DNA from: Gemmatimonadales bacterium
GTDB lineage: Bacteria; Gemmatimonadota; Gemmatimonadetes; Gemmatimonadales; GWC2-71-9
Direction: 5' to 3'
Assembly: GCA_036500345.1 (NCBI GenBank)
Contig: DASYCE010000027.1
Coordinates: 8,855 to 72,854 of the forward strand
DNA: 64,000 nucleotides
Of this stretch, positions 9,146-17,906 are shown in pieces (position 1 is the stretch's first letter; every line of letters begins with the position of its first letter). Position numbers and translations under genes: made by a program. A model generated the notes under the pieces. It searched no databases and was not told where the DNA came from. It was given only the letters and a program-made list of their open reading frames with translations.

Positions 9146-10203
9146 CAGTGGCCGCCTCCGGCGCCACCGCCGGTCGGCGTCGAGATGAAGAGCGACTTCG
9201 GAATCAGCCCGTGCACGCCGACAGTCCCATCGACCAGCTCGGTGATGTTGAAGTTGACTGCGACGCTCGACAGCATGTAGGCGTCCTCGCGCGAGAGGTG
9301 TGCCTCGGTGCCGAGGAAGTCGATTGCTTCGCGCACAGCATTCTTCGCCGCCGTCACCAGGTTGCTGTCGATCCCCATCACGATCCAGTCGGTCGGCGTC
9401 TCGGCGCGGGGCCACTTGAGATGCATATCCTTCCGGACGATCACCTGGATCGTCCCGCGGAGCGCCGTCTCCATCGCGGTGATGTCGACTTCGCCATTTC
9501 CCTGGCCGGCATGGCCGTCACCGATTTCGAGCAATGCGCCCGGCACCCACACCGGGATGTAGAGCGTCGTCCCGGCGACGAGATCCTTGTTGTCGAGATT
9601 GCCGGCGTGGATGCCGGGTGGCGCGCTGTTGACGCGGCCCATCGACGCCGGTGGTGCGTCGCCGATCGATCCGAAGAATGGATGCATCGGAATCACGATC
9701 CCCGGTGCGAAATGAGCGAGGTTGTGAAGGGTGTCGAGCGGGATGATGCGTGTCTTGCCGGCGGTGAAATCCTCGGGGATGAAACCGCTGCGGGTGCCGA
9801 ACGAATTGTAGGCGTAGTCGACGTCGGGGTGGATCGAGAGGAAACGCACCTCGAGCACGTCGCCGGAATCGGCGCCTTCGACGTAGATCGGTCCGGTGAG
9901 GATGTGCCCGCCCGGTCCGCGCGCCGTGCGAGGGACCGAATCGTAGATGGTGCGCAGTTCGGGCTGCACCTTGGTCGAGTCGAGGCCGGCGCGAATCAGT
10001 CCGGTCGGCGAATTGGTGATCATCGTGTGCACCAGCACGCGATCGCCCGACTTGATCCGGAGGACCGGCTTCGCTTGCGACCAGTAGTATCCCCACGCGA
10101 CGGTCGACGGCGTTGCCGGCAGGACGATCGGCGCCTGTGCGGCGACGGGCGCTGCCAGGAAACCGGCCACGGAGAGGAGCGCGGCAAGGCGGGGAAGCGG
10201 CAT
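9145..10203 (-). CDS. Acetamidase/formamidase family protein with a signal peptide
   Basis: Start MPLPRLAALLSVAGFLAAPVAAQA. FmdA/AmdA-like blocks are present: GPIYVEGA..GDVLEV, HAGNLDNKDL, GDGHAGQGNGEV. The ORF-track extension to 10380 is rejected. Confidence 0.8.
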   Translation of the reverse strand: MPLPRLAALLSVAGFLAAPVAAQAPIVLPATPSTVAWGYYWSQAKPVLRIKSGDRVLVHTMITNSPTGLIRAGLDSTKVQPELRTIYDSVPRTARGPGGHILTGPIYVEGADSGDVLEVRFLSIHPDVDYAYNSFGTRSGFIPEDFTAGKTRIIPLDTLHNLAHFAPGIVIPMHPFFGSIGDAPPASMGRVNSAPPGIHAGNLDNKDLVAGTTLYIPVWVPGALLEIGDGHAGQGNGEVDITAMETALRGTIQVIVRKDMHLKWPRAETPTDWIVMGIDSNLVTAAKNAVREAIDFLGTEAHLSREDAYMLSSVAVNFNITELVDGTVGVHGLIPKSLFISTPTGGGAGGGH

Positions 10204-10381
10204 CGAGGCTCCGATTGGCGGGGGTGTGCGAACCGTCGCAGCCGCAGATCGGCCACGGCATGAGAATGTATCACCACGGGAAGGCGCTGGGGACCTGCGC
10301 GGACGGCGAGCTTCCCCGATCGCGTTTCCCGTGTGACGCGCGAGCGCTAGCTTACCTCCGACTCGTTCCCGCGGAAGCACA

Positions 10382-11560
10382 ATGACTGCGTATCGCTATC
10401 TGATCATCGGCGGTGGAATGACGGCGGATGCCGCGGTTCACGGGATCCGCGCCGTCGACGCCGAGGGGACGATCGGCCTCTTTGGCGCCGAACAGGACCC
10501 GCCGTACAATCGACCGCCGCTCACGAAGGGACTCTGGAAGGGCGATACCCTCGATTCAATCTGGCGGAAGACCGGCGACGTTGCCGTCGACCTCAACATC
10601 GGCCGGTCGATTACCGCCGTCGATCTTCCGGCGAAACATGTGACCGACAGCGCCGGCAATCGACACACCTTCGACAAGCTCCTGTTCGCCACCGGTGCGA
10701 AGCCCCGGCAGCTTCCGTTTGGCGGCGACGACGTGATCTACTACCGGTCACTCGACGATTACCGTCGTGTGCGCGCGCTGGCGACCAAGGGGAGTTCGTT
10801 CGTGGTGATCGGCGGTGGCTTCATCGGTTCGGAGATCGCGGCCGGACTTGCGATGAACGACTGCAAGGTCACGATGATCTTTCCGGAGCCCGGGATCGGT
10901 GCACGAATCTTCCCGGCCGATCTCGCCGTATTCCTCGTGACGTACTATCGAGAGAAGGGTGTCGATGTGCGAGCGGGCGAGCAGTTGGCGTCGATCGACC
11001 GGGTCGATGGCCAGCTCACCGTGACCACCAAGGCGGGGAAGAAGATCAAGACCGACGCGGTGATCGCGGGGATCGGTGTCGAACCTGAGGTGGAACTGGC
11101 GCGTGGAGCGGGGCTTGCGGTCGAGGACGGGATCATCGTCGATGAGCATCTCACCACGTCGCTTCACGATATCTACGCCGCCGGCGATGTCGCGCGCTTC
11201 CAGTCTCCGCAGCTCGGCAAGCGGATGCGGGTGGAACACGAGGACAACGCCAACACGATGGGGACTGCGGCTGGGCGCGCCATGGCGGGCGACGCCACGC
11301 CGTATACCCATCTGCCGTTCTTCTATTCCGATCTCTTCGATCTCGGGTACGAGGCGGTGGGAGAAACTGACCCGCGGCTCGACGTTGTCGCCGACTGGAA
11401 GGAGAAGTTCAGGGAAGGGGTGGTGTACTACCTGTCACTGGGACGCGTGCGCGGCGTGCTGCTCTGGAATACGTGGGGCCAGGTCGATCATGCGCGGGAA
11501 TTGATCGCGGAGCCGGGGCCGTTCGACGCGGAGTCGCTCAAGGGGCGGCTTCCGAAGTGA
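10382..11560 (+). CDS. FAD/NAD(P)-dependent pyridine nucleotide-disulfide oxidoreductase (ferredoxin-reductase/AIF-like)
   Basis: Two dinucleotide-binding motifs (IIGGGMTADAA and VIGGGFIGSEIA) plus AAGDVA. Confidence 0.85.
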   Translation: MTAYRYLIIGGGMTADAAVHGIRAVDAEGTIGLFGAEQDPPYNRPPLTKGLWKGDTLDSIWRKTGDVAVDLNIGRSITAVDLPAKHVTDSAGNRHTFDKLLFATGAKPRQLPFGGDDVIYYRSLDDYRRVRALATKGSSFVVIGGGFIGSEIAAGLAMNDCKVTMIFPEPGIGARIFPADLAVFLVTYYREKGVDVRAGEQLASIDRVDGQLTVTTKAGKKIKTDAVIAGIGVEPEVELARGAGLAVEDGIIVDEHLTTSLHDIYAAGDVARFQSPQLGKRMRVEHEDNANTMGTAAGRAMAGDATPYTHLPFFYSDLFDLGYEAVGETDPRLDVVADWKEKFREGVVYYLSLGRVRGVLLWNTWGQVDHARELIAEPGPFDAESLKGRLPK

Positions 11561-12285
11561 CCGAACGTCGATATTCGGAAGAGGAAGCCGGAGCGATCTT
11601 CCGCTTCGCAACCGAGCATCCCGGACCCGGCATCGCGCAGACGTCCGGACTCGAAGGGCTCACCCTTGTCGAGTTGCAGGCGATCGGCCGCGAAGTCGGA
11701 CTGCCGGACGATGCGGTGGAACGCGCGGCGCACCTGGTCGAGGTCCGGAAGAGCGCCGTCTCTCGACGGCTTCTCGGATTGCCGATCGGGGTCGAACGTC
11801 GGGTCAAGCTCCCGCGACGACTCACCGACGGGGAGTGGGAGCGCCTCGTCGTCCAGCTCCGAGATGTCTTCGGTGCCCGCGGCACGACGAAGTCGGAAGG
11901 TTCGTTGCGCCAGTGGACCAACGGCAACCTTTATGTGCTCGATGAGCCGACCGCAGACGGGCGTCGTCTCCGCCTGGGATCATTGCACGGGATGGCAGCC
12001 CGTTCGATCAAGATGGGTCTTGCCGCCATTGCTGGTGCCGCGATTGTCGGGATCGGCGGCTTCTTCGGACTCGACGTGGCGCCGGCCTGGGGATTCATTG
12101 GTGCCGGCGCGGTGCTGATCGTGAATGGTGTTGTCCGCGTGCCTGGCTGGGCGCGTCTTCGTGGGCGCCAGATGGAAGAGTTGGCTGCTCAACTGACGCT
12201 GCCGACGGAGCCGGCAACGACGGAACCTGCAACGCTGTCCGACCGGACCGCCGCTCCCCCGGCTACACCGCCTGATCCCACCTGA
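11557..12285 (+). CDS. Hypothetical membrane protein (two C-terminal TM helices, Pro/Thr-rich tail)
   Basis: The GTG start overlaps the oxidoreductase stop (GTGA 11557-11560). GC3-rich coding frame. TM segments LAAIAGAAIVGIGGFFG and WGFIGAGAVLIVNGVV. No recognisable family. Confidence 0.5.
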   Translation: MTERRYSEEEAGAIFRFATEHPGPGIAQTSGLEGLTLVELQAIGREVGLPDDAVERAAHLVEVRKSAVSRRLLGLPIGVERRVKLPRRLTDGEWERLVVQLRDVFGARGTTKSEGSLRQWTNGNLYVLDEPTADGRRLRLGSLHGMAARSIKMGLAAIAGAAIVGIGGFFGLDVAPAWGFIGAGAVLIVNGVVRVPGWARLRGRQMEELAAQLTLPTEPATTEPATLSDRTAAPPATPPDPT

Positions 12286-14050
12286 TCGACAACCGCAGCG
12301 CGGAGTTGATCAGCCCCACCATGCTGTAGGTCTGCGGGAAATTTCCCCACTGCTCGCCGGTGCGCGGATCGATGTCCTCGGCAAACAATCCGTGCCGGTT
12401 GCGCCGCGCGAGCACCGTCTCGAAGAGATCCCGCGCCTTGTCGCGTTCGCCGATGGCGGCGAGCGCGTCGATATGCCAGAAGGTGCAGACGAGGAACGCG
12501 TTGTCCATCGTGCCGAAATCGTCCTGCTCGTCGTAGCGGAGCAGGAACGCGCCACGGCGCAACGTCTTCTCGATCGCCCGCACCGTTCCCGTGAATCGTG
12601 GATCACTCGCGGCGAGGAAGCCGACGTCGTTCATGTGCAACAGCGACGCATCGAGAGCGCTTCCGCCAAAGGTTGACGCGAACGAGTTGAGCGACGGGTT
12701 CCACGCCTTTTCGCAGATCGCGTTGTGAATCGCCTTGGCGCGTTCCTGCCAGTAGATGGCGCGATCGGATGCGCCGAGCCGCTTGGCGATCCGCGCCAGC
12801 CGATCGCAGGCGGCCCAGCACATCACGCTGGAGAAGGTATGTACCCGCGCGATCCCGCGGAGCTCCCAGATCCCGGCGTCGGGGCGATCGAAGAGCGAAG
12901 CTGCCCGCTCGCCAAGCGGCTCCAGCCGGCGGAAGAGCGATTCGCCGCCGCGATGGACCAGCCGTTGATCGAAGAAGACGTGCGCCGTGGCCAGAATGGC
13001 GGAACCGTAGACATCGTGCTGGATCTGCTCGTGCGCCTGGTTACCCGCCCGCACCGGACCCATCCCGCGATATCCCGGCAGCGAATCAATCGTTCGCTCA
13101 TCCGGCACGGCGCGCCCGGTAATGCCGTAGACCGGCTGCAGCGCCCAGCTCTCCGATCCTGCCGCAAGGTTGGCGATGTATTCGATGTAGCGCTCCATCG
13201 TTCGCGTGGCGCCGAGACGATTGAGCGCGTTGATGACGAAGTACGCGTCGCGCAGCCAGCAGTAGCGGTAATCCCAGTTGCGACCGCTCTCCGGCGATTC
13301 GGGAATCGAGGTCGTCATCGCTGCGATGATCGCGCCGGTGTCCTCGAAGGTATTGAGCTTGAGCGTAATCGCGGCGCGGATCACATCGTCCTGCCATTCG
13401 AACGGGATCGCCAGCGACCGCACCCACGTCTGCCAGTGTCGCGCCGTGTCGTCGCGAAAGCGCATCGCGACATCTGCGACCGAACTCAGGACCGATTCGT
13501 CGGGACCGAGGATCAACGCGATCGGCTCCTCGAGGAGGAAGATGTTCTCCTCGAGAACCGCGCTGACGGGGACGTCGGTGGTGAGGCGCAATGTGAGATC
13601 GGCGCTCTGATACCGGATGTGATTGCTGCCGAAGGTCACCGTGGTACGGAGCCGACCGTATTCGTACGCCGGACGGATCCGAATCCGCACGCGTGGATTC
13701 CCGGTGAGGCGCCGCGCCTGGCGGACCAGCGTCATCGGGCAGAAGACGCGGTCGTACTGATCGAACCGTGGCGCAAAATCGGTGATCTCGATCGCGCCGC
13801 CGTGCTTGTCGTAGAGACGCGTGACGAGAATCGCCGTGTTGAGGAGATACTCCTGCTCGCTCCGCACCACGTCGAGGAGATCGATCGCGAAGCAGCCGAT
13901 CTCATCGGGCGTATTGCCGCTGCGGAGCAGGGTGCAGAACATCGGATCGCCGTCGAAGCGCGGAAAGCATGCCCACACCACCTCGCCGAGCGGGTTGATC
14001 AAAGCGCCGATGGAGCCGTTGCCGATCAGGCCAAGGTCGAGAGACGACAT
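12263..14050 (-). CDS. Glycoside hydrolase family 15 protein (glucoamylase/trehalase-like), cytoplasmic
   Basis: 595 aa. N-terminus MSSLDLGLIGNGSIGALI. Blocks WDYRYCWLRDA, WELRG and LFAEDIDP...GEQWGNFPQTYS are typical of GH15. Confidence 0.85.
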   Translation of the reverse strand: MSSLDLGLIGNGSIGALINPLGEVVWACFPRFDGDPMFCTLLRSGNTPDEIGCFAIDLLDVVRSEQEYLLNTAILVTRLYDKHGGAIEITDFAPRFDQYDRVFCPMTLVRQARRLTGNPRVRIRIRPAYEYGRLRTTVTFGSNHIRYQSADLTLRLTTDVPVSAVLEENIFLLEEPIALILGPDESVLSSVADVAMRFRDDTARHWQTWVRSLAIPFEWQDDVIRAAITLKLNTFEDTGAIIAAMTTSIPESPESGRNWDYRYCWLRDAYFVINALNRLGATRTMERYIEYIANLAAGSESWALQPVYGITGRAVPDERTIDSLPGYRGMGPVRAGNQAHEQIQHDVYGSAILATAHVFFDQRLVHRGGESLFRRLEPLGERAASLFDRPDAGIWELRGIARVHTFSSVMCWAACDRLARIAKRLGASDRAIYWQERAKAIHNAICEKAWNPSLNSFASTFGGSALDASLLHMNDVGFLAASDPRFTGTVRAIEKTLRRGAFLLRYDEQDDFGTMDNAFLVCTFWHIDALAAIGERDKARDLFETVLARRNRHGLFAEDIDPRTGEQWGNFPQTYSMVGLINSALRLSIRWDQAV

Positions 14051-14081
14051 GCCGGCACCGGAGAGAGGAATGAGGAATGGT

Positions 14082-14741
14082 TCATTTGGGTAGGTGACGA
14101 CCCACGGGGGGATCTGACACGTCGCACCGTTCCCGCACCAGTTGTCGAACGATCGGCGAGTTCATCATGAACGGGTGTCGCGTCGCCACCGCAATCCATT
14201 CGGCGCCGTCGAGGTGCGTTTCGTCGGTTGCAACAATCCCGTCGTTGACATCATCGCCGAACGGGCTCCAGCGCCCATTGATGCCGCGAGTCCCCGCGAT
14301 GATGGTGACCGGATCGACCGGCGGCGGAATGCGACTGATCCGGTCCTCGTCGGCGAGGAGTGCACCGGCGTCTCCGTTGAGGAGATGATACCACCACGCC
14401 CCTCCGAAACGGCGCGCGAGCCGCGGCGAACGATTGGGCGTACCGAGCATGATGACGCGTCGCGGGCGCGGCACGCCGGCCGGGATCTGCGCCAGCGCCG
14501 CTCGAAGGAGGAGTCCGCCAAGGGAATGGCCGATGACGACGTACTCGTCATCGGGCTCGCGCGCGATTCGACCTGCAAGACGCTGCACGATGGCGTCGAA
14601 CGGCTCGCGCGCCGCCAGGTAACCGAACAGCTCGGCCCGCATCCCCGAACGGCGCAACGCGTGCGCGATGCGCCACATCGAGAACCTGGTCCGGCCAATG
14701 CCGTGAACCAGCAGCGCGCGAAGCGGGGGCGAAGCGGTCAC
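14082..14741 (-). CDS. Alpha/beta hydrolase (lipase/esterase-like)
   Basis: Nucleophile elbow GHSLGG, with an N-terminal LVHGIG oxyanion-type motif. Confidence 0.7.
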   Translation of the reverse strand: MTASPPLRALLVHGIGRTRFSMWRIAHALRRSGMRAELFGYLAAREPFDAIVQRLAGRIAREPDDEYVVIGHSLGGLLLRAALAQIPAGVPRPRRVIMLGTPNRSPRLARRFGGAWWYHLLNGDAGALLADEDRISRIPPPVDPVTIIAGTRGINGRWSPFGDDVNDGIVATDETHLDGAEWIAVATRHPFMMNSPIVRQLVRERCDVSDPPVGRHLPK

Positions 14742-14759
14742 CCCCGCAAGGTAACCGGC

Positions 14760-15329
14760 CTACTTGAGGTGCGGCCGCATCAGCTCGGTGTTGATGATGA
14801 TCTTGATCTGATCGCTCACCGCGACGCCGCCGGTCTCCAGCAGCTGGTTCCAGAGGAGCCCGAAGTCGGTGCGGTTGATCGACGCAGTGGCGCTGAAACC
14901 GAGCCGGTCGTTCCCCCACGGATCGGGGCCGTTCCCCTCCGCGGTCACGTCGAAGGTGACGTCCCGCGTGACGCCCCGAATGGTCAAGTCGCCGATCAGC
15001 TTGAACGACTTGGTGATCTCGCCTTCAATGTGGCGTCCCTTGAAGTTCATCGTCGGAAAGTGCTCGGCATCGAAGAAGTCGGCGGAGCGCAGATGGGCGT
15101 CGCGCTGCGCATTGCGGGTGTCGATGGTATCGATCGGCACGGTGACGTCGAGTTCGAGGGGAATGCCGTGCTCGGGATTGTAGCGCAGAGTGCCGGAAGG
15201 ACTCGAGAAGCGTCCCTTGACGTTGGAGATCATCAGATGCCGCGCCGAGAATTCGACCTCGGTGTGGCTGGAATCGATCTGCCAGGGTGCGGCGGCGGTG
15301 TCGGTGGTCTCAAGGGTTGCGGTGGTCAT
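14760..15329 (-). CDS. YceI family protein
   Basis: WQIDSSHTEVEFSARHLMISNVKGRF is a typical YceI motif. The preferred start is ATG 15329, which has a GGAG SD 6 nt upstream. Alternatives are 15341 and 15362. Confidence 0.8.
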   Translation of the reverse strand: MTTATLETTDTAAAPWQIDSSHTEVEFSARHLMISNVKGRFSSPSGTLRYNPEHGIPLELDVTVPIDTIDTRNAQRDAHLRSADFFDAEHFPTMNFKGRHIEGEITKSFKLIGDLTIRGVTRDVTFDVTAEGNGPDPWGNDRLGFSATASINRTDFGLLWNQLLETGGVAVSDQIKIIINTELMRPHLK

Positions 15330-15407
15330 CGTCTGCTCCATCGGGCGGCGGCCGCCCGTCATGTTGTTCCGGCGCCTTCAGTACAGCGCCAAATAGTTCA
15401 CATATGA

Positions 15408-15435
15408 ATTATACAGCACTTACTACAACCGTCAA
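15408..15435 (-). promoter_or_regulatory. Near-consensus sigma70-type promoter (TTGACG-N16-TATAAT) facing the YceI gene
   Basis: On the minus strand, TTGACG is the complement of 15430-15435 and TATAAT the complement of 15408-15413, with a 16-nt spacer. It sits in a locally AT-rich island about 70-80 nt upstream of the YceI start. Confidence 0.45.
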
Positions 15436-15512
15436 GAGGGGCTCCCCAGAGCACGTCTACCGGGGTGGACGAGCCACCTCGCCGCGCGGTGCACGCCTCG
15501 GGACGCGATCTC

Positions 15513-15552
15513 AATACCGCCAACCACGCCGCACGGGGCGGTATTCCGCCCC
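15513..15552. other. Two mutually exclusive hairpins just downstream of the LLM gene stop
   Basis: aataccgcc (15513-15521) pairs with ggcggtatt (15537-15545). Alternatively, ggggcgg (15535-15541) pairs with ccgcccc (15546-15552). No clear U-tract follows either. Confidence 0.3.
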
Positions 15553-15579
15553 CTCGTGGCTCTGAGCTTCTCCCCTGGT

Positions 15580-16635
15580 CTAGGCGACTGCCGCGCTGAT
15601 GACGCCATCGGCGAACCGTTCCATCTCCTCGTATTGCGGAGAGCATTGCAGGAGGAGGAGGGTGACCCCGGTGGCGGCATACTCGGCGATCCGGTCGGCG
15701 ACCTGATCCGGGGTACCGACGAGCCCGGCGCGGAGGCCGCGATTCGAAACCGAATAGTCCTCGACGCTGACCCGCTGCTCGAGCTTCGTGTTGGCGATCC
15801 AGTCCTGATAGTTGCCGTACCCCGGCGAGCCGGGAGCCACTGCCGTGATCCGCTCGACTTCGCGCTTCGCTTCCGCTTCGGTGGGACGGACGATCGCGTA
15901 CGCAGCCATGCCGAACTCCAGCGGCGGGAGATCGTGGCCGAGACGTTCAGCGGCCTGCTCGCGGCGAGTGCGAAGGTCAGTGATGCGGGCGGCGATCCGG
16001 TCTGGCGGGTCGCCATGCATCACGTACGCGTCGCACTTTTCGGCGATCAGCGACTTCGCGGCATCAGATTCGCCGCCGGCGTAGATCGTCGGCCGGGTGC
16101 GGTGGGCGAGCGGGACCGGTTTCGGCTCGAGGATCAGGTCCTCGACCTGGTATCGGCTACCGCGGTACTGCAGCACCGATTCGCTCCACGCCCCGGTAAC
16201 GACGTCGAGCCATTCTGCGGTACGTGCGTATCGATCGTCGTGCTCGTCGAACGCCGCGCCATATCGTCGCGCCTCATCCTTCCACCACGCCGACACGACA
16301 TTGAGTGCAAGACGGCCATTGGAGATGCGATCGATATTGGCCGCCTGCTTGGCCAGGATCGCCGGCGGATGAAACGACGGGCGCACCGCCACCATCAGTT
16401 CGAGGCGCGACGTGACGGCGGCGAGCGCGGCTGCCGTCGACCAGGCGTCGAGTGACGGTGCGTGAATTCCCTTGATGTCGTTGAGCAGCAGCTCGGCGAT
16501 CAGTGTGAGGTCGTAGCCGATCTCTTCGCTGCGCTGCGCCAGTCGCTTGACGTATTCCCACGACGCGGGGACGCCTTCGTTTTCGACGTTGCGGAGCCAT
16601 CCGCCGAAGACCGGAAGCCAGTATCCGTAGCGCAT
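15580..16635 (-). CDS. LLM-class (luciferase-like) flavin-dependent monooxygenase, SsuD/SfnG-like
   Basis: 351 aa. The MRYGYWLPVFGGWLRN N-terminus and the blocks NGRLALNVVSAWW, DERYARTAEWLDV and LVGTPDQVADRI resemble FMNH2-dependent sulfone/sulfonate monooxygenases. Confidence 0.8.
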   Translation of the reverse strand: MRYGYWLPVFGGWLRNVENEGVPASWEYVKRLAQRSEEIGYDLTLIAELLLNDIKGIHAPSLDAWSTAAALAAVTSRLELMVAVRPSFHPPAILAKQAANIDRISNGRLALNVVSAWWKDEARRYGAAFDEHDDRYARTAEWLDVVTGAWSESVLQYRGSRYQVEDLILEPKPVPLAHRTRPTIYAGGESDAAKSLIAEKCDAYVMHGDPPDRIAARITDLRTRREQAAERLGHDLPPLEFGMAAYAIVRPTEAEAKREVERITAVAPGSPGYGNYQDWIANTKLEQRVSVEDYSVSNRGLRAGLVGTPDQVADRIAEYAATGVTLLLLQCSPQYEEMERFADGVISAAVA

Positions 16636-17648
16636 CAGGACACCCCCGCCGCCAGCGCGGATTCCAGATAGGGCCCGCTCGCAGGCTGCTCGATCCGTTG
16701 TTCGAGATAGTCGACCAGCCGGGCGAAGGGATCGAACCCAACCACGTTCGGCGCGTCGGCGACGAAGTTGGACAGCGCGTTGATGTCGTAGAAATACGCC
16801 TCGCCGTCGCGGTCATCGATCAGGTATTCGATGCCGCCGACGTCGAGCTTCGCCGATCGGGCGATCAGTTCGACCGCCTCGACGATGGCGCGCGGTGGTG
16901 TGGTGGCTTCGACGCGCAGCCCGGTGCGCGGAGCATCGAGCGCGCAGGCGCCGCGAACCAGCTCCTTGCCGTTGGTGGTCTGACAGGCGTCGGCGGGGCA
17001 GAGGTCGAACGATCCGGTCGACGGATGGACATTGATGGCGTAGAGATATTTTCCGCCGAGTGTCTCGACACGGGTGATATGACCACCGGCGAGCGGGGCT
17101 GCTTCCTGTACGAGCGCGGTGCCATCGGGCCCGAACGCGAGTTCGCCGGCGGCGGCGGCGTGACGCAGTGCTTCCGCCGAATCGAATCGGGTAATCCCGG
17201 CGCCCGACCCGCCGACGTTCGCCTTGATGAGGATGGGGAAGCGGAGCCCTCGCGCCGCGTCGCGCGCTTCGGTGGCAGCGTTGATCACGCGGCTCCGTGG
17301 TGCGCGCAGTCCGAGCGAGCGGAGGAGGTCGAGCTGATTCGCCTTCGAGAGTTCCAGCGCATAGATGTCGGCGCCGTTGACGACCGGCACGCCGAGCCCT
17401 TCGAGATGCCGCAGCCAATGGAGTGTGTGGAACGTGGACTGGCCGTGCTCGCGCAGGTACGCCGATGGCGACGCGCGATTGAAGACCAGCGACCACGGCA
17501 GGTCGGTTTCGCCGGGGTCGTACCAGTGCGCGGCGGCATTGAGCCGCAGCCAGGAAAGGCCGCGGCGATCGAGTTCGGCAAAGAGCGGTCGGAACCAGTC
17601 CGGATGCTCGTAATAGATGGCGAGGGGGCCACTGCGACGTCGGCTCAT
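16635..17648 (-). CDS. ATP-grasp domain protein (RimK/glutathione-synthetase-like ligase)
   Basis: 337 aa. GGAG SD upstream of the start. ATP-grasp blocks are FPILIKANVGGSGAGI, ALVQE and GGIEYLIDDRDGEAYFYDINALSNF. Its stop shares 1 nt with the LLM start codon (TGATG, position 16635). Confidence 0.8.
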   Translation of the reverse strand: MSRRRSGPLAIYYEHPDWFRPLFAELDRRGLSWLRLNAAAHWYDPGETDLPWSLVFNRASPSAYLREHGQSTFHTLHWLRHLEGLGVPVVNGADIYALELSKANQLDLLRSLGLRAPRSRVINAATEARDAARGLRFPILIKANVGGSGAGITRFDSAEALRHAAAAGELAFGPDGTALVQEAAPLAGGHITRVETLGGKYLYAINVHPSTGSFDLCPADACQTTNGKELVRGACALDAPRTGLRVEATTPPRAIVEAVELIARSAKLDVGGIEYLIDDRDGEAYFYDINALSNFVADAPNVVGFDPFARLVDYLEQRIEQPASGPYLESALAAGVS

Positions 17649-17746
17649 GCGATCACTCCAGCAACAGGTGATGCCGCACGGCGCGAACGGAATCGAAGAT
17701 CACACCACGGGCCCCGGGTGGGGGCGCGCGGTCCGTCGACGACAAA

Positions 17747-17774
17747 GCCCGGGCAGGAATGCAGCCGCCCGGGC
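17747..17774 (-). terminator. Hairpin (gcccgggc-N12-gcccgggc) followed by TTT on the minus strand; possible terminator of the GNAT operon or a 5' leader structure
   Basis: 8-bp GC stem. On the minus strand it is followed by TTTGTCG. It lies in the 259-bp spacer between the GNAT stop (17907) and the ATP-grasp start (17648). Confidence 0.3.
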
Positions 17775-17906
17775 GTACGCGTTTTAGCTCTTGTTTAACG
17801 TGGCGGCAATAGGCGGCAAATCACCACGACATCAATTGTGCTCCAACTCTAGCGGGGCCCGGCAATCGGCGTCAAGGGAATCGGTATCAATCCGGAAGCG
17901 TCGCCG

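Noticed and set aside
9146-9415. 5' extensions of ORF-track entries. Examples: GH2 to 9415, formamidase to 10380, S9 to 23790, DinB to 19105, ctaD to 61222, cytochrome c to 57827, ABC-2 permease to 36418
   Set aside because: The extensions overlap upstream genes and are Arg-rich. They precede obvious signal peptides or canonical N-termini that coincide with stop/start overlaps, so the shorter starts were adopted.
12263-12285. 23-nt convergent overlap of the 3' ends of the hypothetical membrane protein and GH15 genes
   Set aside because: Such overlaps are common in compact GC-rich genomes, and nothing suggests regulation. The Pro/Thr-rich tail of the plus-strand ORF may also end earlier if its frame is partly spurious.
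17649-17906. Possible tRNA or small RNA gene in the two largest spacers (also 15363-15579)
   Set aside because: No cloverleaf-compatible arms or conserved tRNA boxes could be found by eye. A structured ncRNA cannot be excluded without a covariance-model scan.
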